Shown here: one piece after another, positions 48,874-58,981 of the stretch
How positions within the stretch are numbered: the first letter of the stretch is position 1
Layout: each line of letters starts with the position of its first letter
DNA from: an uncultured Acidimicrobiales bacterium
GTDB lineage: Bacteria; Actinomycetota; Acidimicrobiia; Acidimicrobiales; CAWCAL01
Length of the DNA: 64,000 nucleotides
Assembly (NCBI GenBank): GCA_963695075.1
Contig: CAVOFR010000001.1
Span: 134,724 to 198,723 of the forward strand
Direction: 5' to 3'
The notes under the pieces: model-generated
Told to the model about the DNA's origin: nothing
What the model saw: the letters and a program-made list of their open reading frames with translations, nothing else
Database searches by the model: none
Translations under genes and position numbers: made by a program

Positions 48874-49401
48874 TCAGCTCTCTGCCTCGGCGTCCTTCTT
48901 GATCTCCGCGGTGTCAGCCTCGAGCTGTTTCTCCTCGACCTTGTCGGCCTTGCCCATGACGCCCTCGATCTTCGCGCCCATGTCGGACACACCGACCACG
49001 ACGAGCCCGGCCTCGCCGGCATCGAGGTTCTCTCCGAGCTCCTTGAGGTCCTTGCGGCTCATACCGGCCGCTGCGTGCCCGGCCATTGCACCGAGGGCCG
49101 CACCGCCACCGGTGGTTGCCGCGAGCAGCCCGCCCCCTAGCGCGGCCGCCGGGAACAGCGCGACGACAAGGCCGGTCGCGAGGCCGATGCCCGCGCCACC
49201 CCAGCCGCCCGCCCGTGTGGGCGTCTCGTGCTTCTTGACGATCTTGACCTTACCGTTGTCCTTGCGCTCGATGACGGCGGCGTCGTAGGCGTCGATGAGG
49301 CCTTCCTTGGTGTGGAGGTCGTGAACTGCCTGGTAGTCGGCCTTGGCGTCGTCGACGCCCGAGTACACGCCGACGTACGCCATGAATGTGTCCATTGCCA
49401 T
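48874..49401 (-). CDS. DUF1269-like membrane protein
   Basis: DAAVI, Gly/Ala-rich hydrophobic hairpin, LGENLDAGEAGL; AGGAG SD. Confidence 0.8.
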   Translation of the reverse strand: MAMDTFMAYVGVYSGVDDAKADYQAVHDLHTKEGLIDAYDAAVIERKDNGKVKIVKKHETPTRAGGWGGAGIGLATGLVVALFPAAALGGGLLAATTGGGAALGAMAGHAAAGMSRKDLKELGENLDAGEAGLVVVGVSDMGAKIEGVMGKADKVEEKQLEADTAEIKKDAEAES

Positions 49402-49467
49402 GTCCTGCTCCTTCGTTCGGTGAACCACTTGACAACGCCATCCTGACCCCGACTCGCGCAGCAGCAG

Positions 49468-49654
49468 TCATGCAACCTGGGTGATCCGATCACCGACGGG
49501 ATCGACCGGCGGATGTGGATTCCCGGTGTCAGCCGAGCACGCTCGGCGCCAGCAGGCCCAGCTCCCGGGCCCGGTCGACCGCCTCGCTACGACCGGACAC
49601 CGCCAGCTTCCGGTAGATCGAGTTGGCCTGGGTGCTCACCGTGTTCCTCGACAC
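49468..49654. repeat. 187-bp direct repeat, copy A (orphan luxR 3' end + operator)
   Basis: Matches 52915-53101 with one mismatch seen. Confidence 0.92.
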
Positions 49655-50409
49655 ATCCCGAGCGACGTGTGAACTCAGCTGCCGGGTGATCGCGCCCCGC
49701 CGGGGTAATCACTCCGACGACGCGCTGCCACCCCACCCGCGGATGACGCGCTCCTGTTCGGTCTGATCGGTGATGGCCTTCGTGCCGGTGGGGTTGCGCC
49801 ATCAGAACTTGCGGTCGTCGTCGTCGCCGGTGCGGTCGTAGATCGGGTAGTCGGCATCTGCGGGAGGGAATGCATCTCTGGACGCTGAACGGGCGACACG
49901 CCTGTGCGGCGGTTGGGCCCTAGTAACCCAGTACTTCATGTGCGGCGAACAGTTCGTGTTCGATGTCGCACGGCAACTGGACATGCCGACGTACGAAGCG
50001 GAGCAACTCGTCGCCCATTTGGAGCAGTACCAGCTCCGTCGTTCGACTGGGTGATGAACTTCACGCTGGCGTGAACCTTCGGCGCAGGCGCAACCGTGCC
50101 AAGGGTCCAGCGAATCGGCGCCCCGAGCCGCTGAGCGGCTCTCCGACCGCCGCTGGGGTCGCCTGCAAGGGGCCGGTAGTAGCGTCCATCGTCCAGGCTG
50201 ATGAAAGGCGCAGCGACCTCAGTCACATGCGCCACGACCTCGCCAACGTCAGACTGGAGAGGGCGTCGCCTTCAGGCGTCGTGGGAGCAGAACCAGCCGC
50301 AGTCGGTGCCTGAGCAGCCGCCCTCCGAGCAGACCGATCGGCAGGACTCTGGGGGCGGAGCGGTCTTCGGCGCGATCACGTAGCGGGTCTGGCGGACAAG
50401 AACGGCGAT

Positions 50410-51156
50410 TCACGCCATTCGCGTCCGGAGTTCGTCATAGAGCGCTCGGTAGGTGGCGGCGGCGGCGGTCTTGGGTCGTTCGACGGTGACCGGGGAGCGG
50501 TAATCGGCCATGGTCTCGATGTGGACGGAGGCGGGAATCGACTGGTCGAGAACGGGCTCGCGCTCGAGCGGGAGGCGTTCGGACAGCTCTCGGTGTCGCT
50601 TCTTGCGTCGGTCGACCATCGAGAGGAACGCGAGGGCTTGGACGTTGCGGAGTTTCCTGTCGGCTCGGAGGTAGGCCGTCAGTTGGTCGAAGCTCCGTAG
50701 GGGCAGTGCCGCCGGAATGATCGGGACCAAGACGGTGTCGGTCGCTCGTAGCGCCGTGTCGATTGTCAGCGTGATGCCGGGAGGGCAGTCGAGGAACACC
50801 GAGTCGAAGCGATCTTCGACTCGTTCGAGGATTCTCGTGATCTGCGCTCTCGGCTTGGCGAGGTCGGCGAGTTCGAGGTCGAGGTAGCGGAGCGAGAAGT
50901 CAGCGGGCACGACGTCGAGCCCTGGGTGGATCGTGTGGACGATCGATTCGCTCATGCGGCGGCGTTTCCTCACCATCCTCCTTCCACCCCCTGGGACGCG
51001 CTCCCCGACCCGCAGGATGTGGGTTGCAGCACCTTGGGGATCGAGGTCCCAGAGAAGGGTGCGGTCGCCGGACTCGGCCGCGAGTTGTGCGAGATTGACC
51101 GCGGTCGTTGTCTTGCCGACACCACCCTTGATGCTCGCCAGTGCGATGACCTTCAT
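50410..51156 (-). CDS. ParA/MinD family ATPase
   Basis: KGGVGKTT deviant Walker A, DLDPQ, DCPP; TGATG coupling to the CYTH-CHAD gene. Confidence 0.92.
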   Translation of the reverse strand: MKVIALASIKGGVGKTTTAVNLAQLAAESGDRTLLWDLDPQGAATHILRVGERVPGGGRRMVRKRRRMSESIVHTIHPGLDVVPADFSLRYLDLELADLAKPRAQITRILERVEDRFDSVFLDCPPGITLTIDTALRATDTVLVPIIPAALPLRSFDQLTAYLRADRKLRNVQALAFLSMVDRRKKRHRELSERLPLEREPVLDQSIPASVHIETMADYRSPVTVERPKTAAAATYRALYDELRTRMA

Positions 51157-52661
51157 CAGCGGCGCCTGGTGGCGAGGTCGGCTCGGTCGGTCCGCTTCCA
51201 CTGCTTTCGAAAGTCGGCCTCGCAGTGGCCGGCGCGAGCGACGAGCAGGCCGGCCAGTTCCCCGGCCGCGAACGCAAGTTCTGGATGTCGGCTTGCCGTG
51301 GTGGCCAGGTGAGCTCTGATGACGATGGCGTCGTTGAGGTCCCCCAACGAGTTCTGGATCAGCTTCATCGCCTTCGCCAACCGGCGGGCGGGCTTGCCCA
51401 TCACCGGCTCGACTGCCTCCGCTGCATACCGGCATCGTTTCGACCTGATTCTGATGCGATGGATCTCCCCATGGCTCGGTTCCGGGCCGAGCCGTGCCAC
51501 AGCCTTGCGGAGCTTGCGCCATGGCCGATCGACCAGCGCCGGGATGGTTTCCTCGGCGGGGTCATCAGCCTGAGGGGCCGTTCGTGGGTCATCGGCTGCG
51601 GCGACCAGGTGGTCGAGGAGTTCGGTGCACCGTGGGCTGTCGAGCGCTTCGAGGAGGCGGGCATGCGCTTGGTTCCGTTCGACCCGCAAGTGCTCGAGCA
51701 ACGCCTTGGTGTCGTCTTCGTCGATATCGGGCTCGCCGTCGATCACGTGGGTCAGGACCTCGATGCGGACGTCGGCGTCGCGGACTTCGCCGAGCCGGTC
51801 TCCAAACCATCGAACCTCGTCGGAGACCTCAGCGACCCAGATCGGATCCAGAAGCGGACCGAAGGTCCTCAGATCAGACCGAAGGCGCCGTAACGCCACC
51901 CGGGCCTGATGAACACCTTCGGTTCCCTCGCCGACCCGTGCGATCGGAAGATTCAGGAGATGCGATTCGACCGATCGGGCGATCGCAGCGTGGATCACCT
52001 CCCTCGCCGTGGGAGAACCGCTCACGGGAGGAATGACCACGTCCGGAGGGGACTCGGCGGACGCTCCGAGTGCACGTGACAGCTTGGATTGAAGCGTGAG
52101 CCGGCCGCCCGCCTGCTCGTAGCACTCCAGGATGGAAGCGACGTCGTTCGTCGTGCGTCCCTCTGCGAGCTCGATCTCCACCATCTTGAAGTTCCACGCA
52201 GGCTGCCCCGGCACCTCGACGCGGACGTCGTCTTCCACGAGTTCTGCGACAGGGTGGCTGTCCGCATCGAGCACAAGGACCGGCTGTCGGATGGTATGGA
52301 GACGGGCAACCGTGACGAGCGCCTCGCCGCGGGCGAAGGGGCCGACGAGGCGGCTCGCGAGCGCCGGGGGCGACGATCCATCGTCGGCGATCAGGACCTC
52401 GGTGCGCAGCAGAACTCCCGAGCCGTCATTCCCGGTGGGCGCAGGGAGTTTCACCATCCACCCCTCATCGGACCGGCGCCGCAAACTGCACCCCCAACGG
52501 GTCAGGCGCAGGCTGTCCCCCGTGTCGAAATACTCGGCGCCGAGCTGGCGCTCGGGCAATACCGTGACCGAGCCACGACCGGCGCCAGCGGTCTCACCCA
52601 GATCCGGAATCACCAGTCCCGCATCAAAATCCAGCTTGATCTCTCGCTCGACCGACGCCAT
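51156..52661 (-). CDS. CYTH and CHAD domain protein
   Basis: EREIK, YFDT, LRRR, VEIEL (CYTH); HQARVALRRLRS, LGEVRDAD, HRIRIRSKRCRY, QNSLGDLND (CHAD). Confidence 0.92.
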   Translation of the reverse strand: MASVEREIKLDFDAGLVIPDLGETAGAGRGSVTVLPERQLGAEYFDTGDSLRLTRWGCSLRRRSDEGWMVKLPAPTGNDGSGVLLRTEVLIADDGSSPPALASRLVGPFARGEALVTVARLHTIRQPVLVLDADSHPVAELVEDDVRVEVPGQPAWNFKMVEIELAEGRTTNDVASILECYEQAGGRLTLQSKLSRALGASAESPPDVVIPPVSGSPTAREVIHAAIARSVESHLLNLPIARVGEGTEGVHQARVALRRLRSDLRTFGPLLDPIWVAEVSDEVRWFGDRLGEVRDADVRIEVLTHVIDGEPDIDEDDTKALLEHLRVERNQAHARLLEALDSPRCTELLDHLVAAADDPRTAPQADDPAEETIPALVDRPWRKLRKAVARLGPEPSHGEIHRIRIRSKRCRYAAEAVEPVMGKPARRLAKAMKLIQNSLGDLNDAIVIRAHLATTASRHPELAFAAGELAGLLVARAGHCEADFRKQWKRTDRADLATRRR

Positions 52662-52914
52662 CAGTGATCCGCCGAGCCAAGCATCCTTGCGGTGGACGAA
52701 CTCTGGGCGAGGGCGCCGAGCTGGCGGTGGTGACCGACAGCCACCGCGTCGGACATCTCCGGCGTCCTCAGCGAACGCGCCGGCGGCGGCCGGTTGAAGG
52801 ATGCGTGGCTCGCGATCCGGTGGCTGGCGCTCAACAGGGACTCCGGCGGCAGACGATGTAGACGCCGGTCAACATAGCTGGGGGGAGGAGGCCCACCGAC
52901 GCACCGAAACCGAA

Positions 52915-53101
52915 TCATGCAATCTGGGTGATCCGATCACCGACGGGATCGACCGGCGGATGTGGATTCCCGGTGTCAGCCGAGCACGCTCGGCGCCAGC
53001 AGGCCCAGCTCCCGGGCCCGGTCGACCGCCTCGCTACGACCGGACACCGCCAGCTTCCGGTAGATCGAGTTGGCCTGGGTGCTCACCGTGTTCCTCGACA
53101 C
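52915..53101. repeat. 187-bp direct repeat, copy B
   Basis: See 49468-49654; includes the last 42 codons (incl. stop) of the LuxR gene. Confidence 0.92.
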
Positions 53102-55225
53102 GTACAACCGTTCACCGATCTCCTTGAGCGAGAGATGCGTCTGCAGATACGGCAGCAGACGGAGTTCGGCGGTCGACAGTGCGGTGCCGTGCAGATTCGT
53201 CGGCCACTCGCTCAACGTCTGTCGGAGCACGTCTGCTCGCGCGCCGAGGCGGCCGAGTTTCGGTCGCCGGTACAGGACCCCTTCGACCTCCTGTAGCAGC
53301 GTCCTGGCGGCCCCGGGATCGCTCAATACCAGGTGGGCATCGGCCATCTCGAGACGCAACCACACCGCACCCCACGGGTTCACCCAGGTGACCGACGTCC
53401 GCAAACGCATTGCACGGGACAACGACACCCGACCCGTCTCGGTCTCGTTGCGCTGGAGCAACAGCCGGGCGCGGGCCGCCTCGACGATCGAGTTGACGGC
53501 GTACTCGGCGAGCTGTGCGCCATCGACCACCGAGACGGCGAGCTTGAGGTCGCGGTCGGCACTCTCCCAGTCGCCCCGATCCATCGACAGCACCGCCCGG
53601 TAGGCGAGGTAGCGCGCCTCGGGGTCGTCGAATCCGTCGACGCTGGTTGTCACCTCGATGCTCTCCGAAAGGAGTGCGAACGCCTCGTCGTCGTCGTCCT
53701 GCAGCCATCGGGCCACCGCGAGAAAGCCCAGGGAAGCCGGCCGCCATAGAGACCAGACCGGCTCATCGGTCACGACCGATCTCGCGTCCGCTTCCATCTG
53801 CTCGAGGCCGTGCGCACAGAGAAAGGCCCGGAGCGCAGCACGGCTCGACACGAACGATTCGTCCTCCGAGTCACCCGCGGACGTCAGGCGCTCGATGCGA
53901 TCGGCCCAGCGCTGCGCTCCGACGGCATTCCCAGTCAATGCTTCGAGCCAGCCGACCAGTCCGGCCAGTTCCGGATTCCGTTCGATCATCTCCTCGCCGA
54001 GTTGGTCCAGCCAGCTCCTGACAGCGCTCAACCGTCCGTCGTTGTACGCACGCGGCACCTCCGTGACGATCACGTCAGCGGCGATGGTGAGATCTCCGCC
54101 TGCCCGAGCATGTTCGATCGTGCGCTCGACCGAACCGGCCGCCGCCCACCACCGAGCGGCGCGCAGGTGGCGCTCCCGAACGGCGTCCAGTCCGGAACGG
54201 CTGGCCTCGTCGAGCAGCGCCGTCCTGAACATCGGGTGATAGCGATACCACCCGGCATCTCCGGCGAGTGGCGTGACGAACAGACGCGCGTTCATCAGGG
54301 TGTCCAACATCGCCGCCGAGTCGGTCGAGCCGACGACCGCGTCGCAAAGCGAGGGGTTCAGCACGTCCAGGATCGCCGTCCGATGCAGAAAGCGCGCGAC
54401 CTCTGGTGGGAGCCCAGCCAGGACCTCCGATCGGATGAGTTCGGACACGGCCCGGTCGGGCGACGACGGCGCGATGCTGGAACCGATCATTGCCGAGTCG
54501 CTGCGCTGGGTGAGCGCCAGGAGCGCAAGACCAGCGGGCCATCCCTCCGTTCGCTCGAGCAACCCACGAACCCGTTCGGGTGACGGTGCCAACCCATGGA
54601 GATCGAGGAGTTCCGCCGCCTCGACAGCGTCGAAGACGAGATCGGGCGCACCGATCTCGAGCACCTCGCCGTGCACGCGCCGACGACCCCCGGCGAGCCA
54701 CACCTCCCGGCGACTGGAGACGACCAGCTGGACCTGCTCGGGCAGGAGATCGAGGAGCAGCCGGAGCGCGTCACGGCAGTCGAGTGATCGGACCTCGTCG
54801 AGGTGTTCCAACACGATGACGAGCGGCTCGTCGACCGCACCGATCGAGGCCGCCAACGCCGGCACGACACGGCCTAGTATCGAGACGTCGGGCGAAGCCA
54901 GTTCCTGGGAGAGGGAGGGGTCGAGCTTCCGCACCCGCCTCACCCCGGTGACGATCGATGTCATCAGCGTCGCGACGTCGTCGTCGGTCCGGTCCAACGA
55001 CACCCACGCGACTGCGCGATCATCCTGTTCCAGCCAGTCGACGAGCAGCGTCGTCTTGCCATATCCGACTGGCGCCGACACGACGACCAACGGGAGGTCC
55101 GCGCCGGCCGCGAGCAGGCTCGTCAGGCGCCGCCGCCGGACGATCCCCGAACGCACCCGCGGCACACCGGTCTTCGCATCGACGAGAACCTGGTGAACGT
55201 CGATGCCGCCGATCCGGGTACCCAT
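52976..55225 (-). CDS. MalT-like large ATP-binding LuxR-family regulator
   Basis: APVGYGKTT P-loop, AWVSLD, TEGWPAGL, WYRYH, C-terminal HTH LSTAELRLL...VSRNTV...IYRKL. Confidence 0.92.
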   Translation of the reverse strand: MGTRIGGIDVHQVLVDAKTGVPRVRSGIVRRRRLTSLLAAGADLPLVVVSAPVGYGKTTLLVDWLEQDDRAVAWVSLDRTDDDVATLMTSIVTGVRRVRKLDPSLSQELASPDVSILGRVVPALAASIGAVDEPLVIVLEHLDEVRSLDCRDALRLLLDLLPEQVQLVVSSRREVWLAGGRRRVHGEVLEIGAPDLVFDAVEAAELLDLHGLAPSPERVRGLLERTEGWPAGLALLALTQRSDSAMIGSSIAPSSPDRAVSELIRSEVLAGLPPEVARFLHRTAILDVLNPSLCDAVVGSTDSAAMLDTLMNARLFVTPLAGDAGWYRYHPMFRTALLDEASRSGLDAVRERHLRAARWWAAAGSVERTIEHARAGGDLTIAADVIVTEVPRAYNDGRLSAVRSWLDQLGEEMIERNPELAGLVGWLEALTGNAVGAQRWADRIERLTSAGDSEDESFVSSRAALRAFLCAHGLEQMEADARSVVTDEPVWSLWRPASLGFLAVARWLQDDDDEAFALLSESIEVTTSVDGFDDPEARYLAYRAVLSMDRGDWESADRDLKLAVSVVDGAQLAEYAVNSIVEAARARLLLQRNETETGRVSLSRAMRLRTSVTWVNPWGAVWLRLEMADAHLVLSDPGAARTLLQEVEGVLYRRPKLGRLGARADVLRQTLSEWPTNLHGTALSTAELRLLPYLQTHLSLKEIGERLYVSRNTVSTQANSIYRKLAVSGRSEAVDRARELGLLAPSVLG

Positions 55226-55293
55226 GGTCCCGACACGGTAGCGGAACCCGCTCGGCCGCTTCCGAAGGTGTGGGCTCCGACATCCACGCCCTG

Positions 55294-56712
55294 TCAGAGG
55301 TCGCGGACGATGGGCACCCGGCCGTCGTCGACGGCACCGATCAGTTCGTCGTAGTCCTGCTCGGTGCGATCCGCATAGGCCTCGGCGAACCGGGCTACCG
55401 CCCGATCGAAGGTGTCGTCGTCGCCGATGTACCCGGAGATCATCGACGCGTCACCGGACCGGGCGTGGGCGCGTCCGAGCGCTGCTCCACAGGCCATCGC
55501 ATAGCGTCGGATCACCTTCGCCGTCATGGTCTCGACGTCAGCGGACGCCTTGCCGTCCCAGAGTTGACGGACGTAGAAGTCGGTGGTCGATTCGTCGTCA
55601 CGCTCGTAGCGGGCCCACCCGAGGAGCGCGTCCGGTGTCGCCTGGATCCTTCGTTGGCCGTCGACGACGCGGTGGCCTTCCTGGTCGAATCCGCTCGGCG
55701 CCAGGTGCGCCTCGAGCACCGACGGCGCCGCCTCCTTGATCTGCAGGAACAGCGGTTCGCCGTCGCCCGATTCGAACAGCGCGATCAGACATCGGGTACC
55801 AACACTGCCGACGCCGACCACCTTGCGTGCCAGGTCCGTCAGCGAGTAGCGGTCCATCAGTTGGCGCCGGTCGGCGTTCAGCGTTGCCCGGTAGTCGTCG
55901 AAGAACCCATCGATCCGCGTCATCTCCTCCCGGCGTTGCGCATCGGTCATCGCCACGATCAAAGGCGGGTTCGACACGATCACGCGGCGACCGTGGACCA
56001 CGTCGGTGAGCTTGCCCAGCGCCCCGAGGCTGTTCTTCTTCGCCGACTTCCTGCGCGTCTTCGCCAGACGGCGCCGATCGCTCTTCGCCGTGGCGAGCGT
56101 CGTGGCCAGCTCCTCGACATCCAGCCGGTAGTAGAAGAGATCGAGTGGGTTCATCGCCGCCGCGGTCTGGATCGCCCGGCGATACTCGGAGGTCGCTGCC
56201 CGCGCGATCTTCCGACTGGTCTTCTTGTCGAAATGGTTGTTCCGGCCCGCCACCACGACGCTGGCCGCGAGTCGCTTGACGTCCCATTCGAAGGGTCCCG
56301 GAAGCGTCTCGTCGAAGTCGTTGATGTCGAACACGAGACGGCGTTCGGGTGAGGAGAACATCCCGAAGTTCGACAAATGAGCGTCACCGCACAATTGCAC
56401 GGTGATGTCGGTCCGCGGACCCGCCGCCAGATCGGCTGCCATGACCGCCGCCGACCCGCGCAGGAACGTGAACGGTGTGGCCAACATCCGCCCGTATCGG
56501 ATCGGCACGAGATCCTGAAGTCGGTTCGCGTCCTGGGCCTGCAGGATCGCCAGAGCGCTGGCTCGATCATCGGGAACGACGAGATCTGCGTGCTCATCGA
56601 GCGGCACCGACTCACGCCGGCCCCGACCGGCAGCAGCCCGCGCTACCTTGGGCTCGCGCCGACTCTCGAGCGACCAGCGTGGGTCACGCTGGGAGGTCTT
56701 CGGGACACCCAT
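55294..56712 (-). CDS. DUF2252 family protein (kinase-like)
   Basis: RYGRM, FLRG, CGDAHLSNFG, FDINDFDE, KVVGVGSVG, LQIKEA, FYVRQL, AHARSGD. Confidence 0.92.
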   Translation of the reverse strand: MGVPKTSQRDPRWSLESRREPKVARAAAGRGRRESVPLDEHADLVVPDDRASALAILQAQDANRLQDLVPIRYGRMLATPFTFLRGSAAVMAADLAAGPRTDITVQLCGDAHLSNFGMFSSPERRLVFDINDFDETLPGPFEWDVKRLAASVVVAGRNNHFDKKTSRKIARAATSEYRRAIQTAAAMNPLDLFYYRLDVEELATTLATAKSDRRRLAKTRRKSAKKNSLGALGKLTDVVHGRRVIVSNPPLIVAMTDAQRREEMTRIDGFFDDYRATLNADRRQLMDRYSLTDLARKVVGVGSVGTRCLIALFESGDGEPLFLQIKEAAPSVLEAHLAPSGFDQEGHRVVDGQRRIQATPDALLGWARYERDDESTTDFYVRQLWDGKASADVETMTAKVIRRYAMACGAALGRAHARSGDASMISGYIGDDDTFDRAVARFAEAYADRTEQDYDELIGAVDDGRVPIVRDL

Positions 56713-56809
56713 GACTTCTCCCTGTGGTAGGTGGCGTGGTGGTCGATGGCGTGATGAGCCACGATCGCAGGATCGATCTTCATTTTCCAGGACGGCGATG
56801 CGATCCGCA

Positions 56810-56826
56810 TCATCCGTTCTGCGCGA
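56810..56826. promoter_or_regulatory. putative LuxR operator upstream of DUF2252
   Basis: TCATCC-gttct-GCGCGA. Confidence 0.5.
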
Positions 56827-56898
56827 TGCCTCCCCGTTCACCCGCAGTGGACGACGGGCCCACTCTCGGGCCACCGGACAACGACGCATGGTCTCGAC

Positions 56899-56921
56899 GC
56901 CGTGACAACGCGATGGCAACG
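56899..56921 (+). repeat. putative integrase arm-type sites, right end
   Basis: gccgtgacaacgcgatggcaacg. Confidence 0.6.
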
Positions 56922-57022
56922 GTGAGGACGAGACCGGACGAAATCGTGAGTGTCCGTGCGAAAGCCAGCGGACCCCGGATCCCCTGTGCCCCTTGGGATT
57001 CCCCCTGAAACTCAGGGCCGGT

Positions 57023-57415
<393 letters not shown>

Positions 57416-57437
57416 GATCCCCAGTGTGCCAGCTCCT

Positions 57438-57520
57438 CCGAACTTTGGGCAACGGCCCCTCACATACACCGGTATCTGCCCAAAATTCGGCGTCACGGCC
57501 GGGGAGCGCCCAGATTTCGG
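57438..57520. repeat. palindromic repeat (CCGAACTTTG variant) plus adjoining half copy
   Basis: ccgaactttgggca...tgcccaaaattcgg (57438-57490), followed by cccagatttcgg ending at 57520. Confidence 0.7.
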
Positions 57521-57532
57521 GGCGGTCGCCGC

Positions 57533-58981
57533 TCAGAACTCGACGGCGGAGAGGTCGCTGTGCCATCGGGCCGATCGATCGACCGCCTCGCGCCACCGGT
57601 CCCGGTCGGTGGCCGGACCCGGGTCGACCACCACGGCCGGCGACCACAGCTCGGCGATCTCCTCGAAGCCGGCCCACATGCCGGTGGCGAGGCCGGCCAG
57701 ATAGGCGGCGCCCATGGTGGTCGCCTCGGTGATCGGTGACACCTCGACAGGTCGCTGCGCCGCGTCGGCGAGCGCTTGACAGAACGTACGGTTCTGGCTC
57801 ATGCCGCCGTCCACCCGCAGCGCCGGGATGTCGATCCCCGCGTCGGCCTCGGCGGCCTCGACCAGATCGGCCCCGCTCTCGGCGACGCCTTCCAGGACGG
57901 CGCGCACCAGTTGGGGGCGCCCCGTGCCGCGGGTCACGCCCAACAGCGTGCCCCGAGCGCCGTAGTCCCAGCGCGGCGTTCCCAGCCCGAGGAGCGCCGG
58001 CACGAACACCACACCATCGGTGTCATCACAGGCCGCCGCGATCTCGTGGCTCTCGGCGGCCGAGGCGAGCACGCCGAGGTCGTCCCGCAGCCACTCGACG
58101 TTGGTACCCGCCGCCAGCATGATCGCCTCGAGGCCCCACACCGGTCGGCCCCGTTCCTGCCACGCCACTATCGGGAACGTGCCGTGCTGACCGCTGACGT
58201 CGAACGACGGACGATCCGGGCCCACGCAGACGTCGAGCATGCCGCCGGTGCCGAATGTGATCTTCGCCATGCCCGGCCGGACCGCGCCCTGACCGATGAG
58301 CGAGGCCTGCTGGTCGCCCGCGATACCGGAGATCGGCGGCGCACCGTCCAGAACGGTCGCCTCGGCGACCTTTCCGGTCGAGTCGACGATCGAGGGCAGC
58401 ATCGCGGTCGGGATGTTCAGCCGGTCGAGGACGGTCGAGTCCCAGGTCGGCCGCCCGTTCTCGACGAGGCCTGTGACGGCCACGTTGGTCCGGTCGGTGA
58501 TGTGGGTCCGGCCTTCGGAGAGAAGCCAGACGATCCATGTGTCCATGGTGCCGAACCGGAGGTTCCGGGAGCGGTCCGGATCGTGCAGATCGAGCAGATG
58601 CGACAGCTTCGTGGCCGACTGGTTCGGTGCCAGCCGCAGCCCATCGGCCTGCAGGACGAGGCAGTCCCCGACGGTGCGGAGGTCCTGCCAGCCGATCGCC
58701 GGAGCGACCGGTTCACCGGTATCGGCGTCCCAGACCACGGTGGAGGCCCGCTGATTGGCCACCCCGACACCGACGACCGGACCGGCTGCGGCGAGGGTGG
58801 TTCGAGCCGCGTCGAGCGCCGCTTCGGCCACCGCGATCGCGTCGAACTCGACCAGGCCCGGAGCAGGCGTGACGGGAAGGGCGGCGCGGACCTCTTCGTG
58901 GGACACGGTTCCGTCCGCGGCCACGACGGCGGCGCGGACCGAACTGGTCCCGAGGTCGATCACCAGCAGACGCGATGTCAC
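57533..58981 (-). CDS. FGGY family carbohydrate kinase (glycerol kinase-like)
   Basis: IDLGTSSVRA, NQRAS, WQDLRT, GDQQA, KITFGTG, VDGGM. Confidence 0.88.
   Translation of the reverse strand: MTSRLLVIDLGTSSVRAAVVAADGTVSHEEVRAALPVTPAPGLVEFDAIAVAEAALDAARTTLAAAGPVVGVGVANQRASTVVWDADTGEPVAPAIGWQDLRTVGDCLVLQADGLRLAPNQSATKLSHLLDLHDPDRSRNLRFGTMDTWIVWLLSEGRTHITDRTNVAVTGLVENGRPTWDSTVLDRLNIPTAMLPSIVDSTGKVAEATVLDGAPPISGIAGDQQASLIGQGAVRPGMAKITFGTGGMLDVCVGPDRPSFDVSGQHGTFPIVAWQERGRPVWGLEAIMLAAGTNVEWLRDDLGVLASAAESHEIAAACDDTDGVVFVPALLGLGTPRWDYGARGTLLGVTRGTGRPQLVRAVLEGVAESGADLVEAAEADAGIDIPALRVDGGMSQNRTFCQALADAAQRPVEVSPITEATTMGAAYLAGLATGMWAGFEEIAELWSPAVVVDPGPATDRDRWREAVDRSARWHSDLSAVEF

Noticed and set aside
49529-49654. 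Second small LuxR gene in repeat copy A
   Set aside because: Only the C-terminal part of the HTH is present, and the upstream frame hits a stop within about 20 codons; treated as a duplicated fragment.
56922-57019. Hairpin-rich segment next to rnpB (gtccgtgcgaaagccagcggac; ccctga-aac-tcaggg) as a riboswitch or ribozyme
   Set aside because: Core consensus of hammerhead or c-di-GMP riboswitches could not be matched by eye; more likely a terminator or att-arm DNA. An Infernal/Rfam scan would settle it.
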